Part shown: in pieces, positions 28,479 to 36,210 of the stretch
Numbering within the stretch: position 1 is the first letter of the stretch
How the letters are laid out: each line of letters begins with the position of its first letter
Source of the DNA: Eubacteriales bacterium
GTDB lineage: Bacteria > Bacillota > Clostridia > Oscillospirales > CAG-382
Assembly: GCA_045653405.1 (NCBI GenBank)
Contig: JAZOLW010000031.1
Location: 1-37,766 of the forward strand
Direction of reading: 5' to 3'
Length of the DNA stretch: 37,766 nucleotides
The notes under the pieces: model-generated
Databases searched by the model: none
Told to the model about the DNA's origin: nothing
Seen by the model: only the letters and a program-made list of their open reading frames with translations
Translations under genes and position numbers: made by a program

Positions 28479-29315
28479 ATGGAAATATTAATTGCATTTC
28501 TTATAATGCTCGCCATTGCACTGACGGCAGGGATTTTACTTCTTGTTTTCTCCCGTTTCTTTGCAGTGGAAAAAAATGAGCTTGAAAAAAACATAAGAGA
28601 ATGCCTTCCCGGCATCAACTGCGGTGCGTGCGGATATAAAGGTTGCGACGACTATGCAGCGGCTCTTGCTGAAGGCGGTGTTAAGCCTAATCTCTGTATT
28701 CCCGGCTCACTTAAGGTTGCAGAGGAGATAAGCGCACTCCTTGGTGTTACCGTTGAAGACGAAACTGTAGACGTTGTTGCCTTTGTGGCTTGTAACGGTC
28801 ATAAGGGAGTTACTTCTCCAGTGGCACAGTACGAAGGTGTTCAGACCTGCCGTGCAGCATCAATGCTTTATGGCGGTACAAATTCTTGCAGATACGGTTG
28901 TCTCGGACTTGGCGACTGCGCGGTAGTTTGTCCTGCAGGAGCTATCTGTATGGAAGACGGAATTGCACGTGTTGATACATCACGCTGTATAGGATGCGGT
29001 CTTTGTGAACAGACTTGCCCTAAGCATATTATTTCAATGCTTCCTCAGGATGCAGGCACAGTTGTTATGTGCAGTAACAAGCAGAAGGGTGCAGATGCTA
29101 TGAAGGCTTGCAAGAATGCTTGTATCGGCTGTAAAAAGTGTGAAAAGGCTTGTCCGAGCGGTGCTATAGTTATTAAGGATAATCTTGCTGCAATTGATTA
29201 TACTAAGTGTACAAACTGCGGACTTTGTATAGAAGGATGTCCTACAGGATGTCTGCATAAGATATTCTTCCCCGATTTGCCCGAAGATTACGATTATAAA
29301 GAAGTTATTGAATAA
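28479..29315 (+). CDS. rnfB: Rnf complex subunit B (polyferredoxin)
   Basis: ATG 28479 behind GAGGTG. N-terminal TM, CGACGYKGC cluster, and four CxxCxxCxxxCP-type motifs. Confidence 0.9.
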   Translation: MEILIAFLIMLAIALTAGILLLVFSRFFAVEKNELEKNIRECLPGINCGACGYKGCDDYAAALAEGGVKPNLCIPGSLKVAEEISALLGVTVEDETVDVVAFVACNGHKGVTSPVAQYEGVQTCRAASMLYGGTNSCRYGCLGLGDCAVVCPAGAICMEDGIARVDTSRCIGCGLCEQTCPKHIISMLPQDAGTVVMCSNKQKGADAMKACKNACIGCKKCEKACPSGAIVIKDNLAAIDYTKCTNCGLCIEGCPTGCLHKIFFPDLPEDYDYKEVIE

Positions 29316-29316
29316 T

Positions 29317-29718
29317 ATGAACAATCAGAAAAACACAGGCAGATTTCATTTGCGTAACGATATAATCTTTATTGCCGTACTGCTTGCAGTATGTGCAGTG
29401 GGATTGATTTATCTGTTTGTATTCCGTGAAAGCGGAGATACAGTAAAGGTCACCGTAAACGGTGACCTTTACGGGGTTTATTCTCTGTCGCAGGACTTGG
29501 AACAAGATATACGGACAGGTGAAAACGGAGAACAGCTCAACAGACTTGTTATCCGTGACGGCAAGGCTTATATGGAAAGGGCTACCTGCCCTGACGGAAT
29601 CTGCGTTGCTCACAGACCGATATTTCGCAACAGTGAAAGTGTTGTGTGCTTACCCAACAAAGTTGTGGTTACCGTGGTTAAGGAAGACGACACAGCTTCT
29701 CCTGATGTTGTGGCATAG
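29317..29718 (+). CDS. NusG domain II-containing membrane-anchored protein (former DUF1312)
   Basis: ATG 29317, 1 nt after the rnfB stop; the track start 29308 is TTG. TM anchor followed by VKVTVNGDLYGVYSL..ATCPDGICV..VCLPNKVVVTV, typical of this family. Confidence 0.75.
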   Translation: MNNQKNTGRFHLRNDIIFIAVLLAVCAVGLIYLFVFRESGDTVKVTVNGDLYGVYSLSQDLEQDIRTGENGEQLNRLVIRDGKAYMERATCPDGICVAHRPIFRNSESVVCLPNKVVVTVVKEDDTASPDVVA

Positions 29719-29729
29719 GGAGGAACAGT

Positions 29730-30236
29730 ATGAAAAAGAAAAACAAAATGGTTGCCTTTCTAGGTTTGTGTACTGCACTTGCCTTGATACTGGCATATGT
29801 GGAAATTCTGATACAACCTCTCGTTCCATCAATTCCCGGAATTAAAATGGGGCTTCCCAATATCATTATTGTGTTTTTACTCTATCGACGCGGATCGGTT
29901 TCAGCTATTTGCGTGTCAATGCTTCGTATAATTCTCGTGAATATGCTTTTCGGCAACTTTATGGCACTTGTATACAGCCTGGCAGGCGGAGTGCTGAGCC
30001 TTGCTGTTATGATACTGCTGAAAAAGTTAAACCTTATGTCTGTAGTGGGTGTAAGTGTTGCCGGCGGAGTCACGCATAATATCGGGCAGATCCTTACAGC
30101 AATGTTATTGCTTGAAACGGCAGAACTGGGATATTACCTTGCAGTACTTACCGTTACGGGCACCGTTGCAGGTATACTTATCGGGTTGTGCGGCTCGGTT
30201 ATGATAAAAAAGATACCTCAGAAAATGTTTTTGTAA
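29730..30236 (+). CDS. Gx transporter family protein (Hpre_diP_synt_I / PF07456-like membrane protein)
   Basis: Motifs GIKMGLPNI and AGGVTHNIGQI in a small 5-TM protein. This is the usual partner of NusG-II proteins. Confidence 0.75.
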   Translation: MKKKNKMVAFLGLCTALALILAYVEILIQPLVPSIPGIKMGLPNIIIVFLLYRRGSVSAICVSMLRIILVNMLFGNFMALVYSLAGGVLSLAVMILLKKLNLMSVVGVSVAGGVTHNIGQILTAMLLLETAELGYYLAVLTVTGTVAGILIGLCGSVMIKKIPQKMFL

Positions 30237-30254
30237 AATATGTTTGACAAATTA

Positions 30255-30284
30255 TTGACAAAACGCATAAGAATATGGTAAAAT
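30255..30284 (+). promoter_or_regulatory. Sigma-A promoter with extended -10 for the tandem-domain lipoprotein gene
   Basis: TTGACA (30255..30260), 18-nt spacer ending TGg, TAAAAT (30279..30284). A second TTGACA lies at 30244. Confidence 0.55.
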
Positions 30285-30328
30285 AGTTTGGCATTTAAAT
30301 TAATTTTATTTTTAAGGAGATTTTTACT

Positions 30329-31309
30329 ATGAAAAAGCTTTTAGTAATCGCACTTTGTGTGCTTATGGCAGTTCCTACATTTATGGTTGGATGTGACAAG
30401 GCAGACGTAGTTTCCACAGTTAAGTTCGGCGCAGGCGTGTACACAAGCGCACCCTCTGTTACAGATGCAACAGAAGATAAGAACGGTTCAGGTAAGCTCG
30501 ACGTTACAGCAGCCGCTGTTACAGTTGATGCAGACGGCAAAATCGTAGCTTGCCAGCTTGATACAGCAAGCAACACAGTAAACTTCACAGCTGACGGTAA
30601 GAGCGTTGCAAACGACGGCTTCAAGACTAAGTATGAACTCGGAACAGACTACAATATGGTTGCATACGGCGGATCAGTTAAGGAATGGTATGAACAGGCT
30701 GACGCATTTGAAGCACTTGTTGTTGGCAAGACACTTGACGAAGTTAAGGCTCTCGTTGCTGAAGCTAACAAGGGTACAGAAGAAGTTATAAACGCAGGCT
30801 GCACAATTATGATTCACGAATTTGTAGGCGCTATTGAAAAGGCAGTTGGTGCAGCAACAGTTGAAGTTGCGGCAGATGCAGTTCTTAAGGTGAATATGGC
30901 TACTGAACAGACTTGCGAAGACGCTACAGAAGAAAAAGACGGAAGCAATAAGATTTCCGTTTACGTATTCGCAGCTGCAAACGATGCTGAAGGCAAGGTA
31001 GTTGCTGCTTCCAGCGATTGTGTTGAACTTGCATTTACATTTGATGCACAGGGTGTTGCTACTCTCGATACAGCAAAGGCAGTTGTTTCCAAGAAGGAAC
31101 AGGGCACAGACTACGGTATGGTTGCATACGGCGGAGCAGTTAAGGAATGGTTCGAACAGGCTGCAGCATTTGACGCTACTTGTGTTGGTAAGACCGGAGC
31201 AGAAATCGCAGGTCTCCTTGCTGAAGACGGCAAGGGCGTAAGTGACCTCCAGACAGCAGGCTGCACAATCTATGTAACAGGCTTTGTAAAGGCTGCTTCC
31301 AAGAACTAA
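30329..31309 (+). CDS. Lipoprotein with two tandem FMN_bind-like repeats (PplA-like candidate ApbE substrate)
   Basis: RBS AAGGAGA and lipobox MVGC. It is an internal duplication of about 154 aa. Each copy carries GTDY(N/G)MVAYGG(S/A)VKEW(Y/F)EQA and ends ..AGCTI(M/Y)..F(V)..A..K, shaped like the end of an FMN_bind domain. Confidence 0.6.
   Translation: MKKLLVIALCVLMAVPTFMVGCDKADVVSTVKFGAGVYTSAPSVTDATEDKNGSGKLDVTAAAVTVDADGKIVACQLDTASNTVNFTADGKSVANDGFKTKYELGTDYNMVAYGGSVKEWYEQADAFEALVVGKTLDEVKALVAEANKGTEEVINAGCTIMIHEFVGAIEKAVGAATVEVAADAVLKVNMATEQTCEDATEEKDGSNKISVYVFAAANDAEGKVVAASSDCVELAFTFDAQGVATLDTAKAVVSKKEQGTDYGMVAYGGAVKEWFEQAAAFDATCVGKTGAEIAGLLAEDGKGVSDLQTAGCTIYVTGFVKAASKN
30641..30732 (+). 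repeat. Intragenic direct repeat, copy A (conserved core of the lipoprotein duplication)
   Basis: By eye, most positions are identical to 31103..31194 over about 92 nt (ggaacagactacaatatggttgcatacggcggatcagttaaggaatggta.. versus ggcacagactacggtatggttgcatacggcggagcagttaaggaatggtt..). The shift is 462 nt, so the copies are in frame. Confidence 0.85.
31103..31194 (+). repeat. Intragenic direct repeat, copy B
   Basis: See copy A. Similar off-frame ORF translations in the track (..TTIWLHTADQLRNGMNRL.. and ..TTVWLHTAEQLRNGSNRL..) confirm the DNA-level similarity. Confidence 0.85.
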
Positions 31310-31340
31310 TCGGTCTAAACGAAAATAAATACTGATGCAA

Positions 31341-31367
31341 AAAAAGGAGAGTTTTCTCCTTTTTTTG
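31341..31367 (+). terminator. Intrinsic terminator/attenuator hairpin between the lipoprotein gene and apbE
   Basis: AAAAAGGAGA-GTTT-TCTCCTTTTT followed by a T-run. It ends 9 nt before the apbE ATG. Confidence 0.65.
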
Positions 31368-31375
31368 CTAAATAT

Positions 31376-32431
31376 ATGATTATGAAATATAAACTGTTTG
31401 GCAGAGTCACGGCTCTGTGTCTGCTGATTTGTGTAATACTTTCAGCCTGTGCGGCAAAACCGCAGAAAATTAAATATTCAGCATATTCAATGGACTATTT
31501 CGATACTGTAATTACTGTTATCGGCTATGAAAACACAAAGGAAGAATTTGATGCCGTGGCAGATGAGGTGTTGAATCTGTTTGGTGAATATCACCGCCTG
31601 TATTCCATATATCACCGTTTTGACGGAATGGAAAATCTCTGCACAATCAACGATGTTGTAGACGGAGAACATCGTACAGTGACCGTAGACAGACGTATAA
31701 TTGATATGCTTATGTATGCAAAGGAAATGTACGATGCGACAGACGGCATAGTCAATGTGGCTATGGGCAGTGTTCTGTCACTGTGGCACAATTACCGTGA
31801 GATTGGTATGGATAACCCTGCACAGGCATCCCTTCCGCCAATGGAAAAATTAAAATCGGCGGCAGAGCACACAGACATCTCAAAAATGGTTATTGATGAG
31901 GAAAACTGCACAGTAACCCTCTTGGACCCGCTTATGAAACTTGATGTGGGAGCAATTGCCAAGGGATATGCTGTTGAATGTGTTGCCCGTTATATGGAAG
32001 AAAAGGGAATAAGCGGATATGTGCTGAATGTGGGCGGAAATATCCGTGCCATAGGAGGCAAGCCCGACGGAGAAAAATGGACTGTGGGAATTGAAGACCC
32101 TCTCGGAGGAGATTCTCTTGAATATCTGCAGTTAGAGGGCAAGTCCGTTGTTACAAGCGGTTCGTACCAAAGGTATTATTATGTGGACGGAAAATCGTAT
32201 CACCATATTATACATCCCGATACCCTTATGCCGGCAGAAGGATATTTGTCTGTGTCAATTATATGTGATAATTCGGGATTCGGTGATGCAATGTCAACTG
32301 CGCTGTTCTGTTTACCGAAGGAAAAAGGTGTGGAGCTTATTGAGGCTGTGCCGGGTACTGAAGCAATGTGGGTGGCAGAGGACGGCACTAAAACAGTGTC
32401 ATCCGGCTGGAATGAATATGTGAAAAAATAA
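31376..32431 (+). CDS. apbE: FAD:protein FMN transferase (ApbE family) lipoprotein
   Basis: Lipobox LSAC. ApbE-type sequence (MDYFDTVITV.., LDVGAIAKGYA, VLNVGGNI, VVTSGSYQRY.., HHIIHP). No obvious SD before either ATG (31376 or 31382). Confidence 0.88.
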   Translation: MIMKYKLFGRVTALCLLICVILSACAAKPQKIKYSAYSMDYFDTVITVIGYENTKEEFDAVADEVLNLFGEYHRLYSIYHRFDGMENLCTINDVVDGEHRTVTVDRRIIDMLMYAKEMYDATDGIVNVAMGSVLSLWHNYREIGMDNPAQASLPPMEKLKSAAEHTDISKMVIDEENCTVTLLDPLMKLDVGAIAKGYAVECVARYMEEKGISGYVLNVGGNIRAIGGKPDGEKWTVGIEDPLGGDSLEYLQLEGKSVVTSGSYQRYYYVDGKSYHHIIHPDTLMPAEGYLSVSIICDNSGFGDAMSTALFCLPKEKGVELIEAVPGTEAMWVAEDGTKTVSSGWNEYVKK

Positions 32432-32442
32432 GGAGAATTTGT

Positions 32443-32820
32443 ATGTTGGAAAATATTGTTGCTCAATATAAAGAAATTCTGTATGTACTGGCAGAATTTG
32501 CGGCATGCACACTGGAACTCATAGGTGTTCTCATAATTGTTGTCGGTTCATGCCGTGCACTGATACGTCTTTTACGCTGCCTTGTGAAAAAGCACCCTTT
32601 CCATATAGTTATTGACCTTGGCAAGGCGCTGTCTTTGGCACTTGAATTCAAAATGGGTGCTGAGATTATCAAAACGGTAATAATTCATAATCTTGAAGAA
32701 CTTGCAATTCTCGGTGTCGTAATTGTTATCCGTGCACTGCTTTCCGTTATTATTCACTGGGAAATAAGAACAGAGGAAAAAGAAAAAGCACTGAAAAACG
32801 GCGAAAGTTCACAACTGTAA
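32443..32820 (+). CDS. DUF1622 domain-containing membrane protein
   Basis: LELIGVLIIVVGS..LGKALSLALEFKMGAEIIKTVI is the typical DUF1622 core. RBS AAGGAGA. Lies 11 nt after apbE. Confidence 0.75.
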   Translation: MLENIVAQYKEILYVLAEFAACTLELIGVLIIVVGSCRALIRLLRCLVKKHPFHIVIDLGKALSLALEFKMGAEIIKTVIIHNLEELAILGVVIVIRALLSVIIHWEIRTEEKEKALKNGESSQL

Positions 32821-32842
32821 AAAACGATATATTATGTAAAAA

Positions 32843-32878
32843 GAGCCTTGACGTTACTTTGTCAAGGCTCAATTTTTT
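32843..32878. terminator. Bidirectional rho-independent terminator
   Basis: Perfect 10-bp stem GAGCCTTGAC (32843..32852) / GTCAAGGCTC (32861..32870). It has a T-run on the plus strand (TTTTTT) and on the minus strand (TTTTTAC). It lies between convergent DUF1622 and the TIR gene. Confidence 0.85.
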
Positions 32879-32948
32879 ATTACAGACCAAATTTGATACA
32901 ATGCAACGCAACTGAGTCGAACATGGCATTGTGATTTCTCGGTGTTTA

Positions 32949-35405
32949 TCAGTCTTTTAACGAATAACTGTCGTTTCCGTCAAGTGTCGGTCTCCCTGCT
33001 TTTACAAGCTCAGCATTAACCTTATCCAGAACCCGAGCTTTTTCTTCGATCATTCTTTGATGCTCTGCGAAGCGGCCGCCCATTTTGGCAGTTTTTATAA
33101 GAACGTCAAAACTGTTAATGTATTTTACATACGCGCTAACAAGCTGTGTGTCATCCGCCGCTTCCGCAAGAAGCCCGTTCGCTTTTTTGTATGCTCTTAA
33201 AGCTGCAGAGTAACGTTTTTGTGCGCCTTGTATCTTGCCCATGAGAGAGAATGAATCCGCTAGATCATACAAGAAAATCTTTTTGTTGTCAGCTTTTTCC
33301 AAGATTTCCTCGTTCCGTTTTATGCTATTTTCAACCTGCTCCAGTGCCTCCGGGAGCATATCTCTCTCAAACAGCAAGCACGCCCATTTGTAATAAGTCC
33401 TGTACACATCACACATAGCACTAAAGGTGTGCGTTTGTTCTTCGATCTCGGAAAACAACTTAATAGCATCATCAAATTTGTCACTCTCCCGATAACATAC
33501 CGCAAGCAAGCGTTTAGTGCTGGGAGAGTCATCCGCACTCACGGCTTCTTTACCGAGCTCCAGCGCACATTTGTACAAAAATGCAGCGTAATCTGAGTCA
33601 GATTCGTATTTTGCAGATGCGTAAATGTCGGCGGCATTTATATATGCCGAGATCAAAAGAAGCTTAGTATCTAATGTGCCGTGCTGTTCATTTAATTTTT
33701 TGATTATGGAAACAGCAGTATTACTGCATTCTATAGCTTTGCGATCGTAGCCTGTTTCAATATGCATATGGGCACAGCGATTATGAAAACTAAACAGCCG
33801 CCTTTGAACACGGAAATCATCTGTTTGTGAGCTTTTGGAGATCAAATCGCGGTAGTTTGATTCTATCCGCAGTGCTTCCAGATAACTTGACCGGTACATA
33901 GTATTCTGATCAAGCGCCCGATGTGAATCTCCTATGTTTTGGTGGTTTTCCATAAGTTCAAGAACCGACTCAAGAGTAGGATCCTGCTTCAGCGAATCTT
34001 CTAAAAGGGAAACTGATTTGTTGAATATACAGCGTGCGTGAAAATATTCACCCATCTCCATAAGATTTTTCCCGCACATTCCATATGCAAAGATGAGAAT
34101 TTTTCTGACAAGAATGCTTCCGGAAATTCGGCTATCGACTCCAAACGGTCCCATCCTGTTCAAGTATATATGGTTGGCAAGAGAGAAATCGTGTGTGTTT
34201 TGATATAACTCTGCCAACGCAAGATAAGCCACAAGAACGTTTTTTGCTGCCTGCTCACATACGTTTTCCTCAAAAGCATTTGTGCGAAGCTCAATCAACC
34301 GTTCATACCATCTTATAGCCTCTTCAGTGTCTTTTTGTACGCCATCTCCAATTGAGCACATAAATGCGAATTTGTTTATGGCTTCGTCCAAACCTGCTTC
34401 GGCTGCAGAACGAATCATCATAACCCCGATATCGCTGTTTTTCTCTACACGCAAACCGAACAGATAAGCAAGCCCAATCAGATAGTCCCGCTGAGGAGAG
34501 TCGTTTTGTACCGTAAGTCCGAATCTGCAGCTTAATTCTCTCAAGAAATTGCCAAAAGCCGCATCATTCTTAGCAACAATAGCGGGCGATATTCCCTGAA
34601 AAGCACGGACAAGCTCCGTTCGACCGGTGTGTTCCATTTCGACAGGTACAATTTCCTTTCTCATAGAGCACGCTTCGGGATATTCTACCTTAATTATGTA
34701 ATTGTTTTCAGCTACCGTATTTGGAGTGACAAGAAGGATCATTATATCGCTTTCTTGCAAAGCCTCCTTGATACTGTCATTGAAACTTTCCCCGGGCGCC
34801 AGAAATTCATCATACCAAATGGATATTCCAAGAAGATCCTTTTGTTTATGAATCATATGCATTAGTGTGTTTGCCAATGCACGGTCTTTTTTTCTGTAGC
34901 TCAGGAATATGGTTCCCGAAAAGGCTTGGCGAATACTTTCAACTTTTACAGTATCGGGAAAAAACTGATTCAAGTAACTTGTCAGCTTTTCCTGATACGG
35001 GATAGCAGTCGGATCGTCGTCAACTGCAGACAGCCATTGTATATCGCCGTAAAACTCGTTGAATTGCACCTGAAGGTCCTGTTCCATCATCAGGGGAAGC
35101 ACAGGTATTTTGTTTTCCCTTGCAATGCTTATATCTCTTAAAAAAGATTCGGGACGCTCAGAAAGCAATGCTGAGGTCACAACGAATACAAAAAGATGCA
35201 TATTTTTTAATTCAAAACGCACCTGCTCCCTGTCGACGGGATTATCATCCGCAGGATAATAAAAGACAGAACAGTCCTTCGCCAGCAGTATATCCGATGT
35301 AACCTTTTCCAATTTGTGAAATTCGTTTGGATGATAGGATACATATACCTTCGGCTTGTCGGAAACAGTTGCATTTTTTCTTACTACTACTTTGATGTCA
35401 GCCAT
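32949..35405 (-). CDS. Tandem TIR-domain protein with Sel1 and TPR-like repeats (818 aa)
   Basis: Residues about 18-108 are TIR-like (KVYVSYHPNE..VFVVTSALLS..IPVLPL). Residues about 164-260 are a canonical bacterial TIR (TIFLSYRKKD..ISIWYDEFLAPGESFNDSI..SDIMILLVTPN..KVEYPEA..IVPV). Residues about 305-370 are Sel1-like repeats (AAEAGLDEAINKFAFMCSIGDGVQKDTEEAIRWYERL). The rest is all-helical and TPR-like. No P-loop seen. Confidence 0.75.
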   Translation of the reverse strand: MADIKVVVRKNATVSDKPKVYVSYHPNEFHKLEKVTSDILLAKDCSVFYYPADDNPVDREQVRFELKNMHLFVFVVTSALLSERPESFLRDISIARENKIPVLPLMMEQDLQVQFNEFYGDIQWLSAVDDDPTAIPYQEKLTSYLNQFFPDTVKVESIRQAFSGTIFLSYRKKDRALANTLMHMIHKQKDLLGISIWYDEFLAPGESFNDSIKEALQESDIMILLVTPNTVAENNYIIKVEYPEACSMRKEIVPVEMEHTGRTELVRAFQGISPAIVAKNDAAFGNFLRELSCRFGLTVQNDSPQRDYLIGLAYLFGLRVEKNSDIGVMMIRSAAEAGLDEAINKFAFMCSIGDGVQKDTEEAIRWYERLIELRTNAFEENVCEQAAKNVLVAYLALAELYQNTHDFSLANHIYLNRMGPFGVDSRISGSILVRKILIFAYGMCGKNLMEMGEYFHARCIFNKSVSLLEDSLKQDPTLESVLELMENHQNIGDSHRALDQNTMYRSSYLEALRIESNYRDLISKSSQTDDFRVQRRLFSFHNRCAHMHIETGYDRKAIECSNTAVSIIKKLNEQHGTLDTKLLLISAYINAADIYASAKYESDSDYAAFLYKCALELGKEAVSADDSPSTKRLLAVCYRESDKFDDAIKLFSEIEEQTHTFSAMCDVYRTYYKWACLLFERDMLPEALEQVENSIKRNEEILEKADNKKIFLYDLADSFSLMGKIQGAQKRYSAALRAYKKANGLLAEAADDTQLVSAYVKYINSFDVLIKTAKMGGRFAEHQRMIEEKARVLDKVNAELVKAGRPTLDGNDSYSLKD

Positions 35406-35407
35406 AA

Positions 35408-36160
35408 TTATTTATTCTGAGAAACGTGTATAACTTGGTTTTCTTCAATCTCAACCAGAATGACGCCTCGAACCTCGGTAACGAATTCCTCAGGTTCCCA
35501 TGCTCTGATATTACTCGCTTCCGGTTCTATTAGAGCGTGGCATTCATCATACAAAATATCGCACCAGTCTTGTGTTTCATTTTCTATAGACTGACGGGCA
35601 AAATTTTTAATGGTTTCGGACTCCCCGTGAAATAAATTGTAAAACAAATTCAAATAGTTGTTTTCGGAATTTTTATATGCTTCCAATACTCTTTTATTGC
35701 CAAACGCAAAGGTATTCTGCAGATTTTCGGGAAGCTTTACGGATCTTTCGCCTATGAAATCTCCACTAAGCCTGTCGTAAAAAATAAATATCGCCTCATC
35801 GACAGGATTGTTGATGTCATTCATATCAGGGATGATTCCGTGAGAGGTAAAAACATCGCCCCATTGAAAATCCCCGAATTTAATCATAAAATGATTTGTC
35901 AATCTGGCGGGAAAGACACCTAACGAAATATTTTCGTTTAAAACCATATCAACTTCATCGTCAGAAAAATCCGACCAACGTGTAACAAAAATCAATTTGT
36001 TGCCAAAGGCATAGCAGTTAACACCGTCAGGAATATTCACTCCAACAATGTCCATATAAATGGAGAAATCTGTATCCATACGTGTGGCTACTAAGCAGCG
36101 ACCCCTTTTCGGAAGGACAGCTTCCTCTATTAAGATGTTACCGTATTCTTTTTTAAACAT
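35408..36160 (-). CDS. Hypothetical cytoplasmic protein (250 aa), first gene of the TIR operon
   Basis: RBS AGGAG 8 nt before the ATG. Its stop lies 2 nt before the TIR gene ATG. No TM segment, no signal peptide and no motif I recognise. Confidence 0.6.
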   Translation of the reverse strand: MFKKEYGNILIEEAVLPKRGRCLVATRMDTDFSIYMDIVGVNIPDGVNCYAFGNKLIFVTRWSDFSDDEVDMVLNENISLGVFPARLTNHFMIKFGDFQWGDVFTSHGIIPDMNDINNPVDEAIFIFYDRLSGDFIGERSVKLPENLQNTFAFGNKRVLEAYKNSENNYLNLFYNLFHGESETIKNFARQSIENETQDWCDILYDECHALIEPEASNIRAWEPEEFVTEVRGVILVEIEENQVIHVSQNK

Positions 36161-36210
36161 AATATTTCACTCCTGCTTGTTTGTTTATTTAAAATAAAAA
36201 AACCGATTAC

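Noticed and set aside
32949-36160. The idea that the TIR operon sits on a mobile element or genomic island.
   Set aside because: There is no integrase, transposase, tRNA target, or flanking direct or inverted repeat in the window. The GC difference I could estimate by hand is small and inconsistent. Horizontal origin remains possible but is unsupported here.
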